DNA of 64,000 bases from Hormoscilla sp. Its GTDB lineage: Bacteria > Cyanobacteriota > Cyanobacteriia > Cyanobacteriales > Desertifilaceae. Position numbers and translations under genes: made by a program. Every line of letters starts with the position of its first letter. Position 1 is the first letter of the stretch. The DNA is taken from assembly GCA_051439505.1 (NCBI GenBank), contig JBFRWI010000145.1, positions 1-64,000 on the forward strand, written 5' to 3'. Positions 60,762-64,000 of this stretch are shown piece after piece. A model generated the notes under the pieces. The model saw nothing but the letters and a program-made list of their open reading frames with translations. It was not told the DNA's origin and searched no databases.

Positions 60762-63227
60762 TCAGCGCCCTGAGAAGTTATTGCAGTCAACCGGTTTTAA
60801 CCTTTGTTCCCTGACATGAGGCAAAACTGCGACTAACTCTACCGTCCCATCGGGATGTTTCACCCAACCTGTTGCTTCGGTCAGTGGCTGTTGACTTTCT
60901 CTCATCAAGGGTTGATTTTGTCTGTAACTACTCCCAGTTCTTAGTCCCGAGTAATCTTCTTCGTCTCGCCAGACTGTACTTCCCAGGATCGTCCCCGTCG
61001 GATCTTCTGCTAAACCTCCCCGTCCTGTAATTGTCAAGGCGTTTTCTTCACCCACCCGACAGCCCGCGATAATGCGATCGCTCGGGTCCGTGACCTTCTC
61101 TGGTAGTTTCACCAAAGAGGAACTGGAGTCTACATCCGGGTTGTTGATCGTCACCGTACCATCAACTCCGAGTTCTGAACTCGCAGTAATTTCACTGCTT
61201 GGGGACACAAACATTCCCCGAGTCGTAATCGCGATATTTCCTCCATCTCCACCGAAAGCATCGGCATTGATATTACTAGACTGTAGCAGCACCAGGGTAT
61301 CGGTATTTATTTCCAGGTTGCCGCCGTTCCCACTGCCCCCCGCTTCCGCTGATATTTCACTACCCCGACGTGCGAGCAATAATTCTTCGACGTTGATGGT
61401 AATATCCCCTCCTTCACCGGATGCCGTGCTCGCAGTTATGCCCCCTTCATCCTTCAGGATAATCTCACGGGCTAAAACTTGCAGATTTCCTGCCTTTCCC
61501 AGCCCTTCATTTCTGACCGCGATCAGACCTGCATCAGTCACCCTCAGCACCGGAGTGTTAACGGTCACATTTCCAGCATCTCCACTTGGCGAATCTGGCA
61601 GTCCAAACTCTTGTCGGAAGGCAACATCGACAATATTGGCAGAGGAACCCACCTGACTGGGCTCGATCGACCCTGAAGACCTACCACTTACAACTACCGA
61701 CTCCGAAGCATTGACTGTTACGCTGCCACCATTGCCATTTGTAGCTGTGTTACTACCTACCCGACCTCCATCCAGCAGAATTAGCCTGGAAGTATTGACC
61801 GTCAAGTTGCCAGCATCTCCATTACCAATAGTTGCAGCATTCATACTGCTAGCCGAAGAAATCCTTTGATTCACGCCTATCAGTTCTATAGACTCAGTGA
61901 CATTTACTGTCACATCACCGCCTTTGCCATCCCCCAGACTTAGAGAGCCTACAGATCCTCCATTCACAGCCATCAACCGCTCAGTTGATAGCGTCACATC
62001 TCCTGCATCTCCATTACCTACAGTTCCAGCAGTAATCGCACTGGTCCGATTATTATTAACGGTTAATTCCACAGATTCTGCTGCCGACACGGTTATATTG
62101 CCACCCTTGCCATCACCAAAGGTTCTAGAGACGATCGAACCTCCATCCGAGAGCACCAATCTCTCCGTTGAAACTCTAATATCACCAGCCTTTCCCGATC
62201 CTACTGTTTGATTGTGCAAGCTGCTACTCAATATCTCTAATATCGCGCCACTGACAACCACTTCTTCCGACGCCTCCAGGGATATCTGACCCCCTGGTTG
62301 CGACCCTTGATTTTGCATTAAAATGATGGAACTGTCTTCTAGTGAGATATTTTGTCCCTGTAGGTGGATCGACCCCGCTTCCATCCCACTCCCATTTACT
62401 GCTGCTTTTTCCAGTAGTCTAATATCCCCGAATAAATCTACTCCTTCATAGTCTAAAGTCCACCCATCCAGACCAACTGTACCAGACCGCACGCTGCCTA
62501 AGGAAATTCTTCCGGACTCTGCTGTCAGAGTGCCCCCTGCTAAAATCACATCACCTCCCACCAAGATAATCGTCTTTCCCGGGCTTACCTCAATACCTGC
62601 ATTGCCACTACCGAGGTCAAATGGCGAGAACCCGGCATCTATACCACCAAATGTTGTCAGATTGTGACCCGTCCCTTCTACTCTAATCGAGCCGGGTGAT
62701 GGTCCGTATTGTAAGCCAATGGGTACATTAATTGTCAGCAGTGGCGATGTCTGAGGTTCTGTAGCGCTGAATACCTTTCCATCATCAAACAACAGACTAT
62801 CTGCGGTACTGCCCAAAAATGAACCGCCGATATCCAGTCTGGCGTTCGGACCGAACAGTATTCCGTTCGGATTAATCAGAAATAGGTTTGCCGTCCCGTT
62901 AGCTCTAATTAACCCATCTATATTAGATATTTTCCCACCCGTCACCCGCGATATTATATTTGATATCTCTGCCCCGTTGTTAAAGAATGCTGAGTCACCA
63001 GTGGGCACTGAAAATTCCCGAAAACTATGGAATAGGTTACGAGTTGCCGTCGTTCCACCCTCAATGGTGAACGTCCCTCCTTGCTGCGTTACCGTTGTAT
63101 TTAATGGCAGGGTGGCGTCCGGAACTATTTGGGCTACCGTCGCACCACTACTTATCCCATAACAGATCGCGCTGATGGCACTGACTATACCTATAGGCAA
63201 CCTCCTACCCGTCTGAGACCATCTCAT
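60762..63227 (-). CDS. Filamentous haemagglutinin N-terminal (TPS) domain protein
   Basis: AQIVPD, NLFHSFREFS, NLFLINPNGILFG, Gly/Asn-rich beta-helix repeats. Confidence 0.92.
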   Translation of the reverse strand: MRWSQTGRRLPIGIVSAISAICYGISSGATVAQIVPDATLPLNTTVTQQGGTFTIEGGTTATRNLFHSFREFSVPTGDSAFFNNGAEISNIISRVTGGKISNIDGLIRANGTANLFLINPNGILFGPNARLDIGGSFLGSTADSLLFDDGKVFSATEPQTSPLLTINVPIGLQYGPSPGSIRVEGTGHNLTTFGGIDAGFSPFDLGSGNAGIEVSPGKTIILVGGDVILAGGTLTAESGRISLGSVRSGTVGLDGWTLDYEGVDLFGDIRLLEKAAVNGSGMEAGSIHLQGQNISLEDSSIILMQNQGSQPGGQISLEASEEVVVSGAILEILSSSLHNQTVGSGKAGDIRVSTERLVLSDGGSIVSRTFGDGKGGNITVSAAESVELTVNNNRTSAITAGTVGNGDAGDVTLSTERLMAVNGGSVGSLSLGDGKGGDVTVNVTESIELIGVNQRISSASSMNAATIGNGDAGNLTVNTSRLILLDGGRVGSNTATNGNGGSVTVNASESVVVSGRSSGSIEPSQVGSSANIVDVAFRQEFGLPDSPSGDAGNVTVNTPVLRVTDAGLIAVRNEGLGKAGNLQVLAREIILKDEGGITASTASGEGGDITINVEELLLARRGSEISAEAGGSGNGGNLEINTDTLVLLQSSNINADAFGGDGGNIAITTRGMFVSPSSEITASSELGVDGTVTINNPDVDSSSSLVKLPEKVTDPSDRIIAGCRVGEENALTITGRGGLAEDPTGTILGSTVWRDEEDYSGLRTGSSYRQNQPLMRESQQPLTEATGWVKHPDGTVELVAVLPHVREQRLKPVDCNNFSGR

Positions 63228-63553
63228 TTTTTCAATTTACTATCCTTTGATTTCTCTTCCCTTTTATCATCCTGATGCTGCTGATGGGTAAACAATTGGT
63301 TAAGTTTTCCTAGTCAAATGGTTAAATATCAGGGCCGGGTGTGGTCAAACCCGTTGGTAGTAGCCCGAACCCTAAAGGGTCCGGCTACACGAACAAAGCC
63401 CGCCTGCGCGGGCTACACATGTACCCGGCTATCAACATGTGGCAACCGGTGCAGAAAGGAACGGGGCGATCGGGAAGCTTTCACCTTAAGCAATTCCCAA
63501 TTCCCAAGTTAAAAAAGAGGCGATCGCCCACTCTCCAAACTTCCACTTCCTCA

Positions 63554-63859
63554 TTATTCAATCGCAAATTTAAACCCCAGGGCCTCTAAAAACTCAACAA
63601 AAGTATAAATTTCAGCACCACCGCTTTCCGAGATAATTTTATCTAATTGCTCGTACTTTTCTTTGGCAGACTCTGAGAGAGCATCCATGGCCGATCGCGC
63701 ATCTATGACATCTTTAAGTGCCGCCGATAGCAGTTGTGGTTCTGGGTCTTTTTCTTCCAAAATTGCCTCAATAAAACCTGCGGCGTGTTCTGGGTCTTTA
63801 AGGGATTCGATTAATGCATCTCGCCAGCTATCGCTAGTTGGCATTTTGACTTGTATCAT
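63554..63859 (-). CDS. Addiction-module antidote-like DNA-binding protein
   Basis: LIESLKDPEHAAGFIEAILEE...LL.AALKDV..A...LEALG pattern. Confidence 0.65.
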   Translation of the reverse strand: MIQVKMPTSDSWRDALIESLKDPEHAAGFIEAILEEKDPEPQLLSAALKDVIDARSAMDALSESAKEKYEQLDKIISESGGAEIYTFVEFLEALGFKFAIE

Positions 63860-63921
63860 TGTAATCCCTCCACCGGAGGACTGAGACTCCTACAAAGCCC
63901 CTGTCCAACTCCTGCACTTGG

Positions 63922-64000
63922 TCATAGCCCCAATCTTCGGCGCATTTCCTCGCTAGAAATACCCCCTTCCGCACGACGCCGTGCCCGCGATCGCTCGATC
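63922..64000 (-). CDS. C-terminal end of a probable antitoxin, cut by window edge
   Basis: ...IERSRARRRAEGGISSEEMRRRLGL* with TGA at 63922-63924. Confidence 0.45.
   Translation of the reverse strand, partial: IERSRARRRAEGGISSEEMRRRLGL

Overview
This is a cyanobacterial chromosome segment, most likely from a filamentous strain: HIP1 octamers (GCGATCGC) are very frequent, heptamer tandem repeats are present, and it carries psb28, ntcB and a CyaB-type cyclase. Housekeeping genes (mutS2, ABC1 kinase, recN, cyaB-like, ppa, ppc, recJ, ctpB-like, moaB/mogA-like, psb28) alternate with accessory patches rich in REP-like palindromes, MITEs with target-site duplications, toxin-antitoxin remnants and nonsense-inactivated genes (xisI, a SAM methyltransferase, ntcB). 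Two loci stand out. (1) At 22.2-30.2 kb, two paralogous membrane proteins (69-aa helical repeats, a longin/roadblock-like domain, TM, BON, with or without OmpA) are followed by a Rab-like small GTPase and a diguanylate cyclase. (2) At 33.97-35.13 kb, about 16 self-complementary 21-nt units lie directly upstream of an uncharacterised helical + FnIII-like gene. Also noted: twin six-bladed beta-propeller genes, a decayed duplicate of the mutS2 3' end, a candidate structured RNA upstream of psb28, and an FHA-CHAT-DUF928-CHASE2 cluster. I recognised no rRNA, tRNA, CRISPR array or intact transposase. All family calls are motif recognition by eye, not database searches.
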